A DNA stretch of 64,000 nt from Candidatus Dormiibacterota bacterium (GTDB taxonomy: Bacteria > Chloroflexota > Dormibacteria > Aeolococcales > Aeolococcaceae). Each line of letters starts with the position of its first letter. Within the stretch, counting starts at the first letter, position 1. Location: the NCBI GenBank assembly GCA_963718525.1, contig OY970355.1, positions 1,159,397 to 1,223,396 on the forward strand. Direction: 5' to 3'. Shown in pieces: positions 17,569 to 26,873 of this stretch. The position numbers and the translations under genes are program-made. The notes beneath the pieces were generated by a model, which worked only from the letters and a program-made list of their open reading frames with translations, had not been told where the DNA came from and made no database searches.

Positions 17569-18222
17569 TCAGTTCAGGCTGGACGTGGCGGCGTGGTCCT
17601 TCGAGCGAACCAGCATGCGGTCGAGCAGGGCCGCCTCGCGCCGCAGCAGTCGCAGGCAGGCGGCGAGCCGTTCCGCCGTGCCGTCGATCTCGAGCAGGCG
17701 CTGGCGCTGAGCGGTCTCGACCTGCATCGCCGCGGCCACGAGATAGGAGAGCAGCTCCGGATCGGCAGGGAAGCCGAATTCGAACGCGTCCTCCTGCCCA
17801 ATTCCGCGCAGCTGCCCGGCGTACCCGCGAAACGCTGCGGTCACCGCGGCCGCGAGGCGCTCGGTGTCATCGGCCGGAGCCGGGATGTCCTGGAGGTAGC
17901 GCACCGACCCGACGAGGTACGGCCGTCGATGCGAGAAGGCGTCGATGTGGAAGCGAGACGCTCCGGTGACCACAAGGTTGTATCCGCCATCGTCGAGCTC
18001 TTCGACCTCATCGAGCTGTGCCAGGGTGCCCACGTCGTAGGGGATGGCGCCGCCACCGGTCTCCTGGCCCGAGCGGATCGCGACGATGCCGAACGTCGTC
18101 GAGCCCCTTCGGCAGTCGCGCATCATCGTCTTGTAGCGGTCCTCGAAGATGTGCAGCGACATCGGCATGTGCGGGAAGAGCACCGTCCCGAGTGGAAACA
18201 GCGGGACTTCCACGGCCATCAC
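17569..18222 (-). CDS. Stand-alone LON N-terminal (substrate-binding) domain protein
   Basis: VPLFPLGTVLFPHMPMSLHIFEDRY... is the hallmark start of the Lon N-domain. No AAA+ or protease domain follows (217 aa). Confidence 0.75.
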   Translation of the reverse strand: MMAVEVPLFPLGTVLFPHMPMSLHIFEDRYKTMMRDCRRGSTTFGIVAIRSGQETGGGAIPYDVGTLAQLDEVEELDDGGYNLVVTGASRFHIDAFSHRRPYLVGSVRYLQDIPAPADDTERLAAAVTAAFRGYAGQLRGIGQEDAFEFGFPADPELLSYLVAAAMQVETAQRQRLLEIDGTAERLAACLRLLRREAALLDRMLVRSKDHAATSSLN

Positions 18223-18252
18223 GAGCTGATCCGCGCTCGCATCAGCGCCGCA

Positions 18253-18450
18253 CTACGCGGCTTTGCAGTTCTTGGTGTGCTTGATGATCCGCTCGCGGCG
18301 TGGCTCTCCTGGACGGCGGCTGTGCCGGAAAGCGATCTCCACCCCGATCTCGTTCTGACGCATGAGGTTGTTGCAGATCGGGCAGCGGACGTGCGTGAGG
18401 ATGTCGCGCTGAGACGCGACACCCTTGGATTCCTTGATCGTGTTTGCCAT
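18253..18450 (-). CDS. Small (65 aa) zinc-ribbon-like basic protein of unknown identity
   Basis: Strong AAGGAG RBS 7 nt upstream of the ATG. CPIC...HTKNC putative Zn ligands. Confidence 0.55.
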   Translation of the reverse strand: MANTIKESKGVASQRDILTHVRCPICNNLMRQNEIGVEIAFRHSRRPGEPRRERIIKHTKNCKAA

Positions 18451-18547
18451 GGCTACTGGGGCTCCTTGAGATATGGGCTACATTCGATTGTACGCGGCGT
18501 CGGGGTACGATTTGCCGCCGATGGCCCAGTATCTCGATAACCTCCGC

Positions 18548-19051
18548 ATGCGTCTCGCCGGCGCCATCGCCGTCGTGACGGCGCTGGTTGCGCTCAGCGG
18601 CTGCGGCACTCTGGTGACCGTCAGCAGTCAGATCACCCCGCCCCCGCCGACGTGCTCCACGCCACGGCCGGTCTCGGCCTCGGACTCCTTCGCCATCCAG
18701 GTGCCGCTCACGGCAGGCGCCTCAGGACTGCAGTACGCCGATCTCAGCCGTGGCTGCGGGGCGCTCGCCACGCCCACGTCGAACGTCAACGTCCAGTTCA
18801 CGGTCTGGCTTTCCACTGGAAAGCTGGTCATCACCACGCGAGGCGCAAACCAGCCGACCAATGCGCTCCAGCTGGCCAGTGCGACCACGCTCCAGTTCTG
18901 GAGGGTGGGGGTCCCCGGGATGCGGGTCGGAGGGACGCGCCGGCTCGTCGTTCCGCCCGCGCTGGGGTTTGGAGCGAGCGGAAACTCGTCGGCGAACGTG
19001 CCCGCCAACGCCACCCTCGTGATCGACGTCGAGCTTGTGTCTCTGGCCTGA
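18548..19051 (+). CDS. FKBP-type peptidyl-prolyl cis-trans isomerase, lipoprotein
   Basis: Signal/lipobox VVTALVALSGCG. C-terminal ...GVPGMRVGGTRRLVVPPALGFGASG...ATLVIDVELVSL is the typical FKBP fold. Confidence 0.85.
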   Translation: MRLAGAIAVVTALVALSGCGTLVTVSSQITPPPPTCSTPRPVSASDSFAIQVPLTAGASGLQYADLSRGCGALATPTSNVNVQFTVWLSTGKLVITTRGANQPTNALQLASATTLQFWRVGVPGMRVGGTRRLVVPPALGFGASGNSSANVPANATLVIDVELVSLA

Positions 19052-19229
19052 AATCTCGCTAGGAGCGGGCGCGAGTCCAGAGGATGAACAGGCCCAGACA
19101 CGCTCCAGCGGAGAGCAGCACGAACGCGACCGGGAGGCCGATCACCACCGAGAGGCCGGGAGCCGTCGTTGCGAACATGCGGCGTAAGCATACCGCCACG
19201 ACGATCCATGCCCCTGACGCCGGGTCAGC

Positions 19230-19952
19230 TCAGGAAGCGACTTCCATGCGCGCGCCGAGCAACCCCAACTCGATGTCGTGCATCACGGTGATGCGGAAAG
19301 CCTGACGTGCGGCCGCGTCGAGCTCCGGCGCGATCGTCTCGTTGCGGGGGCGGCCGATCCACGGGGGTTGATGGCGGCCCATGGGCTCGCCCGCGACCCG
19401 GACCACCACCGCGCGGTCATCCTCCTCATCGACCTCGATGGACACGTGCTGGAGGACGCCCGTGCTGTCGACCAGGGTCCACGACCGAAGCCAGACGGGC
19501 ATCGTGCTTCCCGGCACCCGCACCGGGCGCACCGCGCCACTGACAACGTACGCGTCCTTGTGGGGAGCATCAGCGGTCAGCGCAATCCTGACGGCGGTGT
19601 CAAGCTCCCCGCCCACCCAGGTGGCGAGCGAAGGTGCGCGGTTCTCGACGTCCGGAAGCATGTGGGTGAAGAAGCCGTTCGAAAGCGAGGGCGCCACCGT
19701 CGCATGGCGGCGGCAGTAGGGGAGCCCCAGGACGATGCGGCTGTGTTCGTCACACCAGGTCGTGCCGCACTTCACCTGACGGCGATCGACGTACGTGCAG
19801 CGGCAGGTGGCAGGCTTCGAGCATTCCCCGTCCAGACACTTGCCCAGCGCGTGGCTCTCGCTGTCAGCCGACCCGGCGTCGCCCGACTGCCTCCTGGAGA
19901 GCCGCTGCCACGGCTTCAGCTTGTCCACTGTCGATAACTCCTCGGCACCCAC
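19230..19952 (-). CDS. Hypothetical Cys-rich protein (putative metal-binding)
   Basis: 240-aa ORF. Cluster CLDGECSKPATCRCTYVDRRQVKCGTTWCDEHSRIVLGLPYCRRH. Confidence 0.5.
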   Translation of the reverse strand: MGAEELSTVDKLKPWQRLSRRQSGDAGSADSESHALGKCLDGECSKPATCRCTYVDRRQVKCGTTWCDEHSRIVLGLPYCRRHATVAPSLSNGFFTHMLPDVENRAPSLATWVGGELDTAVRIALTADAPHKDAYVVSGAVRPVRVPGSTMPVWLRSWTLVDSTGVLQHVSIEVDEEDDRAVVVRVAGEPMGRHQPPWIGRPRNETIAPELDAAARQAFRITVMHDIELGLLGARMEVAS

Positions 19953-20171
19953 AACCGGCGCCAGGACCCCAGCCTAGCCGCCTTTCCGCCTCGATCACGA
20001 TGGGTGCATCATCTTGTTACGTCTCGGATGCGTGCCGTGACCCGAGCCGCCGTCCCCGGCAATGGTGGGATCATCGCCGCGACGCCCGAGCTTACGACAT
20101 GCACTGCGGTCGATCGATGCAGCGTGCGCGCGAACTCGGGACGGGGCCTGCGCTGTGCGAGGAGGTATCAC

Positions 20172-20960
20172 GTGGCCGACGGCCGGATGGTCGATCTCAA
20201 CGCCGATCTGGGTGAAAGCTTCGGCGCCTACACCCTCGGCGCCGACGCTCAGGTGATGCAGCTCATCACGTCGGCGAATGTGGCCTGCGCCATGCACGCC
20301 GGCGACCCTCGAATCATGGACGACACCGTGCAGCTGAGTCGAGACGCCGCTATTTCGATCGGCGCCCACCCTGGCTTCCCGGACCTGGTGGGATTCGGGA
20401 GGCGAGTTCTCGACGCGACTCCACGCGACGTTGAAACCGACGTTGTGTTCCAGATCGGTGCGCTGAGCGGCTTCTGCCGCCGCCACAACGTCGCGCTCGA
20501 GCACGTCAAAGCCCACGGGGCGCTGTACAACGTTGCCGTTGGGGATCCGTCGATTGCGAAGGCGATCGCAGCAGCCGTGGCCAGCTTTGACACCAACCTC
20601 ATCTTTGTCGCCCCGTTCGGTTCCAGCCTGGCGCAGGCCGGGCGCGACGCCGGCCTTCAGGTGGCTCTCGAAGGGTTCGCCGACAGGGCATACACGGCTG
20701 ACGGAAGGCTCGCATCCCGAAGGCTGCCGGGTTCGGTGATTCACGATCCGGCTCTCGCCGCCGAGCGTGCGGTGCAGATGATCGACGACGGGACGGTCGA
20801 AACCATCGACGGCGCGACGCTGCCGATTCAGGTCCACACCATCTGCGTCCATGGAGATAATCCGAACGCGGTGGAGATCCTGAAGGAGGTGCGCTCCGCG
20901 CTCGCCGGTCGCGGCATCCGGTTGGGCAGCATGCGCGCGGTGCTCAACGCGGCTTCGTGA
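20172..20960 (+). CDS. pxpA: 5-oxoprolinase subunit A (LamB/YcsF family)
   Basis: MVDLNADLGESFGAY... canonical PxpA N-terminus. GAGGAGG RBS before GTG 20172. An alternative ATG lies at 20187. Confidence 0.85.
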   Translation: MADGRMVDLNADLGESFGAYTLGADAQVMQLITSANVACAMHAGDPRIMDDTVQLSRDAAISIGAHPGFPDLVGFGRRVLDATPRDVETDVVFQIGALSGFCRRHNVALEHVKAHGALYNVAVGDPSIAKAIAAAVASFDTNLIFVAPFGSSLAQAGRDAGLQVALEGFADRAYTADGRLASRRLPGSVIHDPALAAERAVQMIDDGTVETIDGATLPIQVHTICVHGDNPNAVEILKEVRSALAGRGIRLGSMRAVLNAAS

Positions 20961-21640
20961 TCCGCGACATCATCGCTGCGGGGGAATGCGGCGCCTACGT
21001 CAGGTTCGGAACCGACATCGACCTGGGTACAAGCAGGACCATCCAGGCATTCGCATCCGCGCTGCGCGCCCTGCGACGGCCCGAGATCACAGACATCGTG
21101 CCCGGATATGTCTCGCTGTACATCGAATTCGATGTCCTGCTCGTGACATTGCGCGACGTGCAACGCATCGTTGAGGGCATCGATCCCATCGAGCTGCCGC
21201 GCCTTGAATCCGAGCCGGTCATCGAGGTCGGCGTGTATTACGGCGGCGAATATGGACCGGATCTCGCCCAGGTGGCCGCGGACTGCCGCATGTCGGAAGC
21301 CGACGTCGTCGACATTCACTCGTCGAGCGAATACGAGGTGTTCTTCCTCGGGTTCACGCCCGGTTTCCCCTTCCTGGGAGTCGTTGACGAGCGCATCGCA
21401 GTGCCGCGTCTGGCCCGCCCGCGCACCAGGGTGCCGGCGGGTGCTGTTGGCATGGCGGGGCGGCAGACAGGTGTGTACCCGGTTGCGAGTCCCGGTGGCT
21501 GGCGTCTGATCGGGAGAACACCGGACAGGATGGTGGATCTTTCAGGACCGGAGCCTCAATTCCTGCTGATACCCGGCCGCCGGGTGCGGTTCGTTCCCAG
21601 AGACCCCGGCGGGTTCTCCGCGAACGCTGGTCGCGAGTAG
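20957..21640 (+). CDS. pxpB: 5-oxoprolinase subunit B (KipI/allophanate hydrolase subunit 1 family)
   Basis: GTGA overlap. ...EVFFLGFTPGFPFLG...GWRLIGRTP motif region. Confidence 0.8.
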   Translation: MIRDIIAAGECGAYVRFGTDIDLGTSRTIQAFASALRALRRPEITDIVPGYVSLYIEFDVLLVTLRDVQRIVEGIDPIELPRLESEPVIEVGVYYGGEYGPDLAQVAADCRMSEADVVDIHSSSEYEVFFLGFTPGFPFLGVVDERIAVPRLARPRTRVPAGAVGMAGRQTGVYPVASPGGWRLIGRTPDRMVDLSGPEPQFLLIPGRRVRFVPRDPGGFSANAGRE

Positions 21641-21658
21641 GCGGGAGCGGGTACCCAT

Positions 21659-22606
21659 ATGGTCGGCACCGTTCGCGTGCTGCGATCCGGTCCACGAACG
21701 ACGGTCCAGGACGGTGGCCGGCACGGTTACCAACACATCGGCTTCGGCGTCGCGGGGGCATCCGACGAGCGCTGCGCCCGATTGGCGAATCACCTCGTCG
21801 GGAATGGCCCGGATGCAGCGATCCTGGAGTCGACCATACAGGGACCCCGGCTCCAGTTCACGGGGTCGGCTCAGCTGAGCGTCGTCGGATGCGATCCCGC
21901 GATCACGGTGAACGGCGTCGTAACGGACGGCAACTGCACGCTGACGCTGGCGCCTGGGGATGTCGTCGATGTCGCACGGACCGGTGGAGCGCGGGCATAC
22001 ATCGGTATTCGTGGCGGCGTCAGCGTGCCGCTCGCACTCAACTCTCGATCGACGGACCTGGTCGCGGGCTTTGGTGGCCATCATGGGAGGCCGATCCAGC
22101 AGGGCGATGAATTCGACATTGCCCTCGCGGATCCGATCCGGCGGCGAGGCATTCGGGAGCCCTGGCGTCCGGTCAGGCGGGTGTCCATCGAGGTCCGCTG
22201 TGTCCTCGGCCCTGAAGCGGAACTGTTCACCGACCGCGAGCACGAGGTGTTCATCACCTCGCCCTACCTTGTGCACCACGACTCCAACAGCATGGGGCTG
22301 CGCCTCGACGGCTCGGTGGTCGCCTCACCGCGGCACATCCTCTCTGAAGGTCAGCCCGCGGGCTCCGTCCAGATCCCTCCCGGTGGTCAGCCGATCGTGT
22401 TGCTGCCGGCGCGGCAGACACTCGGCGGCTACCCCAAGATTGCCGTGGTCGTCCGTCCGGATCTGTCGATGCTCGCGCAGGCGCTCCCCGGGGACACCGT
22501 CAACTTCACACGGATCGAGATCGAAAACGCGACGGCGCTGACGCGGCGGTGGCTCCGTGACCTGACGACTGCGGCAACCGTGACCGACATGCTCGAGGCC
22601 GGCTAG
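21659..22606 (+). CDS. pxpC: 5-oxoprolinase subunit C (KipA/allophanate hydrolase subunit 2 family)
   Basis: VQDGGRHGYQHIGFGVAGASD..., ...LGGYPKIAVV... typical PxpC. Confidence 0.8.
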   Translation: MVGTVRVLRSGPRTTVQDGGRHGYQHIGFGVAGASDERCARLANHLVGNGPDAAILESTIQGPRLQFTGSAQLSVVGCDPAITVNGVVTDGNCTLTLAPGDVVDVARTGGARAYIGIRGGVSVPLALNSRSTDLVAGFGGHHGRPIQQGDEFDIALADPIRRRGIREPWRPVRRVSIEVRCVLGPEAELFTDREHEVFITSPYLVHHDSNSMGLRLDGSVVASPRHILSEGQPAGSVQIPPGGQPIVLLPARQTLGGYPKIAVVVRPDLSMLAQALPGDTVNFTRIEIENATALTRRWLRDLTTAATVTDMLEAG

Positions 22607-22618
22607 GTCGGTGGTCCC

Positions 22619-23899
22619 ATGAACCAGGGCCCGCTGGCGATTCTCAACCGCGACGCCCGCGTGCTCTTCGCTGCACGCACTGGGCGGATGTTTGCCTATG
22701 GCTTCGTTTCCGTGATCCTCGTGATCTACCTTGCGGCCCTGGGCTTCGACGGTCTGCACATCGGCCTGCTGCTCACCCTCACGCTGGTCGGCGATGCGGC
22801 GATCAGCCTGTGGCTGACGACGCACGCTGACGCCCTCGGCCGGCGGCGCGTCCTCCAGGTTGGGGCGCTGCTGATGGCCGGCGCGGGAATCGCCTTCACG
22901 CTGTCCGGCAACTTCTGGATACTCCTCGTGGCGGCCACCATCGGGGTCATCAGCGTCAGCGGCAGCGAGGTGGGGCCGTTCATCGCCGTGGAGCAGGCTT
23001 CGTTGAGCCATCTCCTGCCCGCCCGGGAACGGACTCGGGTGTTTGCGTGGTACAGCCTGGTCGGCTCGTTCGCCGTGGCGCTGGGCGCCCTTGCCGCGGG
23101 GTCGCTGGTGAGCGGGCTTCGTGCCATCGGCGCGTCGCCGATCGACAGCGATCGAGCGGTGGTTGTGGGGTATGCGCTGGTGGGTGTGTTGCTGTGGATC
23201 GGGTTCCGGCTGCTTTCACCGGCGATCGAGCTCGACGCGGCGGACCAATCCACGATCGCTGGACGCCTTGGCCTGCATCGATCGCGCGCGACCGTGTTCA
23301 GGCTCTCCGGGTTGTTCGGCCTCGACGCTTTTGGTGGTGCTCTGGTTGCGCAGAGCCTGGTGGCGTACTGGTTCACGCTGCGATACGGAGCGCAGCCGGT
23401 GCTGCTGGGCGTGCTCTTCTTTGTCGCGAATGTCCTCGCCGGCCTGTCCGCGCTGGTTGCGGCCAGTCTTGCCAAGCGCATCGGGCTGATTCGCACCATG
23501 GTCTTCACGCACCTTCCCGGGAACGTTCTGATCATCGCCCTCCCGCTCATGCCCAACCTGTTGCTGGCGGCGCTGGTCCTGTTTGCCCGGTTCAGCGTCA
23601 ATCAGATGGACATCCCCGCACGGCAGTCATATCTGCTCGCGGTGGTCGACCCCGACGAACGCTCGGCTGCCGGCGGTGTCACCGCCATCGCACGCACACT
23701 CTCGGCGGCACCGGCACCGTTGCTTTCGACTCCGCTCATCGGAGTCGCCGCCCTCGCGAGCATTCCGTTCTTCGTGGGCGGGGCGCTGAAGCTCACCTAC
23801 GACCTGGCGCTCTATATCCTCTTCCGAGCCCTGCACCCGCCCGAGGAGGCTCCCGTGATCACAGAGGTCACGGCATTGGATGCGAGCGGGCCGCGCTGA
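22619..23899 (+). CDS. MFS transporter
   Basis: 12-TM pattern. ...DALGRRRVLQVGALLMAGAGIAF... is the MFS motif A region. Confidence 0.8.
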   Translation: MNQGPLAILNRDARVLFAARTGRMFAYGFVSVILVIYLAALGFDGLHIGLLLTLTLVGDAAISLWLTTHADALGRRRVLQVGALLMAGAGIAFTLSGNFWILLVAATIGVISVSGSEVGPFIAVEQASLSHLLPARERTRVFAWYSLVGSFAVALGALAAGSLVSGLRAIGASPIDSDRAVVVGYALVGVLLWIGFRLLSPAIELDAADQSTIAGRLGLHRSRATVFRLSGLFGLDAFGGALVAQSLVAYWFTLRYGAQPVLLGVLFFVANVLAGLSALVAASLAKRIGLIRTMVFTHLPGNVLIIALPLMPNLLLAALVLFARFSVNQMDIPARQSYLLAVVDPDERSAAGGVTAIARTLSAAPAPLLSTPLIGVAALASIPFFVGGALKLTYDLALYILFRALHPPEEAPVITEVTALDASGPR

Positions 23900-23950
23900 T
23901 CGGAATTGCGCCCGCGCGACCGATCCATCTGCACGCGCGCCGGCAAGTCG

Positions 23951-24024
23951 TACCCCGTATCGGATTCGAACCGATGGTCTCCGCCTTGAGAGGGCGGTGT
24001 CCTGGGCCACTAGACGAACGGGGC
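23951..24024 (-). tRNA. tRNA-Glu (anticodon CTC)
   Basis: Reverse complement GCCCCGTTCGTCTAGTGGCCCAGGACACCGCCCTCTCAAGGCGGAGACCATCGGTTCGAATCCGATACGGGGTA. Cloverleaf with a GTCTAGTGG D-loop, anticodon loop CTCTCAA, GGTTCGAATCC T-arm. CCA is not encoded. Confidence 0.85.
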
Positions 24025-24068
24025 CCGAAGGCCCCGGATCATACCAGCGCCCGGACGTGCCTCCCGGC

Positions 24069-25955
24069 TCAGACCTGGTCGGGGGCGGCCATCCCGAGGG
24101 TGTGCAGCGCATCGGCCAGCGTGACCCGCGTGGCCGCGACCAGCCCGCGCCGGAACCGTCGCATCTGGGAGTCCTCCTCGCGGACGATCGCCGGCGTGTG
24201 CTCGTAGAAGTCGCTGAATGCCGATGCAAGACCGAACGCGTAGGTCGTGAGCAGGGACGGCGAGAGCGCGGCCGCCGTCTCGGTGAGCGCCCGCGCGTAC
24301 GCCTCGATGCTGTGGAGCAACTCCCGCTCTGCTGGGTGCAGCTCCGCGGGAAACGCAACCGGCTCAGCGCCGTCGGTGACCTTGCGCAGGATACCGGCGG
24401 CCCGAGCATGCGCGTATTGCAGGTACACCCCAGTGTCACCGGTGACGCGCAGCGCCTCATCGAAGTCGAAGGCGATGATCTGATTCAGTGAGAACTTGAG
24501 CAGGTAGTAGCGCACGGCCCCTGCGGCAACCGCTGTTGCGCTGGCGGCGTCGCGAGCGTTGGCGCTGAGCCGCGCGATCGCTCGGTCCAGCAGATCGTCG
24601 GCGCGAACCTCGATGCCGCGCCGGCCGCTCAACGCCACGCTTTCCCGACCCTCCTCGATCTCGACGCCAAGCTCGGCGGCTGCCGCCGGTGTCAGCGCCA
24701 CGACCTCGTAGCTCAGGTGGATCGAGTTGTCCGCCTCTCGCTCGTGGTGCAAGCGTCGCAATGCGCGCTGCACCACTCGCTGCGGATATGCCTGGCGTGC
24801 GTCGATGACGTTGATGACGCGCTGGGCATGCCCGAAGTGCGCGGGAGGATCTCCGGGCTGCGGCTGCGACGTCGTGGTCACCAGGCTCGGGTCATTCTCC
24901 CAATGCGTATAGGAGAAGTCGCGCCCGAGCAACCCGAATTTCCAGAGCTGATAAGCGATATCCTTCGCCGTATACGTGGCGATACCGTCAGATTTGACCA
25001 GAACCTTGGTGTCGTCGTCAGCGTCGTCATCCGCCGTGTCAGCCGGCATCACCCAGCAACCGGCGAGCTTGCCGGTCTCGACGAGGACGATCGCTCCTGC
25101 CTCGCGCAGCAGCTCGAAGGCGTGACGCCAGAAACCCAGCGCGATGATGTCGGACTCCCAGGTCAGCAGGTCGTAGGAGATGTCGAACCGGCGCATCGTC
25201 GCGAGATGCGCGTTGACGATCCGACGCGCGAGGTCCTTCACGAACGCGGCTGTCTCGTTGCCTCCCAACTCCACCTCGCGCAGCACGGCCTGTCGACGCT
25301 CGAGGAGTGCGGTATCGGTCTCGTAGCGAGCGGATACCGCGATGTACACGCGCGAGCAATACTGGTCGAACGGCTCGCCAGGCATCGGTTCGATGCCGAG
25401 CTCGCGAATGCCCACGACGACGTCTGCGACCTGAACCCCGGTGTCGTCGATGTAGTTGTTCACCTCGACGCTATGGCCGGTGCGCCGGAGGACGCGGGCG
25501 ACCGTGTCCCCGATGCACGCGTTACGCAGGTGGCCGATGTGCGCGGCTTTGTTCGGGTTGGTCGCCGTGTGCTCGACGAGCGTCTTCCCGGCGCCGCCGG
25601 CGGCTTCGATAGGCACGTCGACCGTGCCTGCCGTCTCGAGGACCGCAGCCGTCGCGAGCACCGCCTCGGCCCAGGCACGGTCGTCGAGGTGGGCGTTGAC
25701 GTAGCCCGGCGGGGTCACCGTCCAGGCACGCACCCGAGGTACGTGCGCGGCTTCGAGGCGGGCGGCGAGCTCCTCGGCGATCGCCAGGGGCGCGCGCCGC
25801 AGCACGCGGGCCAGCCCCAGCGGCGAAGGCGTCGACCAGTCACCGAACTCCGGGCGGGCCGAGCGCTCGACCACGACCTCGAAGGAGGGATCCACGCCCG
25901 AGTCGTCGAGGGCGCGCCGCACGGCCTGGAGCAGCAGCGTCCTGGTGTCAGCCAT
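24069..25955 (-). CDS. argS: Arginine–tRNA ligase
   Basis: HIGH motif ...ATNPNKAAHIGHLRNACIGD..., ...YLQYAHARAAGILRK... The best start is ATG 25955 (MADTRTLLLQAV...). Confidence 0.9.
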   Translation of the reverse strand: MADTRTLLLQAVRRALDDSGVDPSFEVVVERSARPEFGDWSTPSPLGLARVLRRAPLAIAEELAARLEAAHVPRVRAWTVTPPGYVNAHLDDRAWAEAVLATAAVLETAGTVDVPIEAAGGAGKTLVEHTATNPNKAAHIGHLRNACIGDTVARVLRRTGHSVEVNNYIDDTGVQVADVVVGIRELGIEPMPGEPFDQYCSRVYIAVSARYETDTALLERRQAVLREVELGGNETAAFVKDLARRIVNAHLATMRRFDISYDLLTWESDIIALGFWRHAFELLREAGAIVLVETGKLAGCWVMPADTADDDADDDTKVLVKSDGIATYTAKDIAYQLWKFGLLGRDFSYTHWENDPSLVTTTSQPQPGDPPAHFGHAQRVINVIDARQAYPQRVVQRALRRLHHEREADNSIHLSYEVVALTPAAAAELGVEIEEGRESVALSGRRGIEVRADDLLDRAIARLSANARDAASATAVAAGAVRYYLLKFSLNQIIAFDFDEALRVTGDTGVYLQYAHARAAGILRKVTDGAEPVAFPAELHPAERELLHSIEAYARALTETAAALSPSLLTTYAFGLASAFSDFYEHTPAIVREEDSQMRRFRRGLVAATRVTLADALHTLGMAAPDQV

Positions 25956-26012
25956 ATCGCGCAAGGGTAACGGGGAGCACGGCTCGGTCCCGACCGGCGA
26001 CAATGCGGCGCC

Positions 26013-26873
26013 GTGGACTCGCGACCATGTGTGATCCCGGCCGCGGGCCTGGGGACGCGCTTTCTCCCTGCCACCAAGGAGCTCCCCAAAGAGTTGCTCC
26101 CGGTCCTCGATCGCCCTGTGATCCAGTGGGCGGTGGAGGAGGCGGTCGCGTCAGGCGTCGACGAGATTGTGCTGGTGCTTGCCGAGGGGAAGGAGGCGCT
26201 TGCCGCTCATTTGCGTCCCGATCCTCCGCTCGAGCGGCTGCTCGAGGAGCGGGGCAAGTTCGCGGAGCTGGAGGCTGTGCGCCGGGCGGGGAATCTCTGC
26301 CGGGTGACGGTGGCCCGTCAGGCGTCCCCTCGCGGCCTCGGTGACGCAGTGCTCTGTGCTGCCGGCGCCGTCGGAGAGAGGACCTTCCTCTGCATGCTCC
26401 CTGACGACCTCTCCCTGGCGGAACCGCCGATCCTGCGTCAACTCTGGAACGCGCATGAGGAGCTCGGGACGTCCATCCTTGCTCTGATGCGGGTCCCCAC
26501 GGATCAGATTTCAAGATACGGATGCGCCGAGATCGCCGAGTCGCGTGGCAAGCTGCATCGGGTGACGGGTCTTGTCGAGAAGCCACCGGCCGCCGAGGCG
26601 AAGAGCGACCTCGCCGTGATGGGCAGATATGTGCTGACCCCGGCGATCTTCCCTGCGCTTCGCGAGACCGAGCCTGGCGCGCTCGGGGAGATCCAGCTCA
26701 CGGATGCGATCGCGCGCGTGCTCGGGACCGGCGAGGTCTGGGGTGTCGAGTTCGAGGGTGAGCTGCTCGACGTCGGAACGCCCGCCGGCTGGCTGGCCAC
26801 CAACATGCGCCTGGCGCGCGACCACCCGGAGTTCCGCAGCGCCGTGCTTAGCGTCGCTGGAACAGGGGCTTGA
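26013..26873 (+). CDS. galU: UTP–glucose-1-phosphate uridylyltransferase
   Basis: VIPAAGLGTRFLPATKELPKELLPV... signature. An alternative GTG start lies at 26031. Confidence 0.9.
   Translation: MDSRPCVIPAAGLGTRFLPATKELPKELLPVLDRPVIQWAVEEAVASGVDEIVLVLAEGKEALAAHLRPDPPLERLLEERGKFAELEAVRRAGNLCRVTVARQASPRGLGDAVLCAAGAVGERTFLCMLPDDLSLAEPPILRQLWNAHEELGTSILALMRVPTDQISRYGCAEIAESRGKLHRVTGLVEKPPAAEAKSDLAVMGRYVLTPAIFPALRETEPGALGEIQLTDAIARVLGTGEVWGVEFEGELLDVGTPAGWLATNMRLARDHPEFRSAVLSVAGTGA

Noticed and set aside
17134-18540. 468-aa plus ORF
   Set aside because: Antisense to the SDR, Lon-N and zinc-ribbon genes.
19058-19177. Possible 39-aa minus-strand hydrophobic micro-ORF (MFATTAPGLSVVIGLPVAFVLLSAGACLGLFILWTRARS)
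   Set aside because: It is too short, with no RBS or other evidence, and could equally be non-coding. It is left unannotated.
24717-25970. 417-aa plus ORF
   Set aside because: Antisense to argS.
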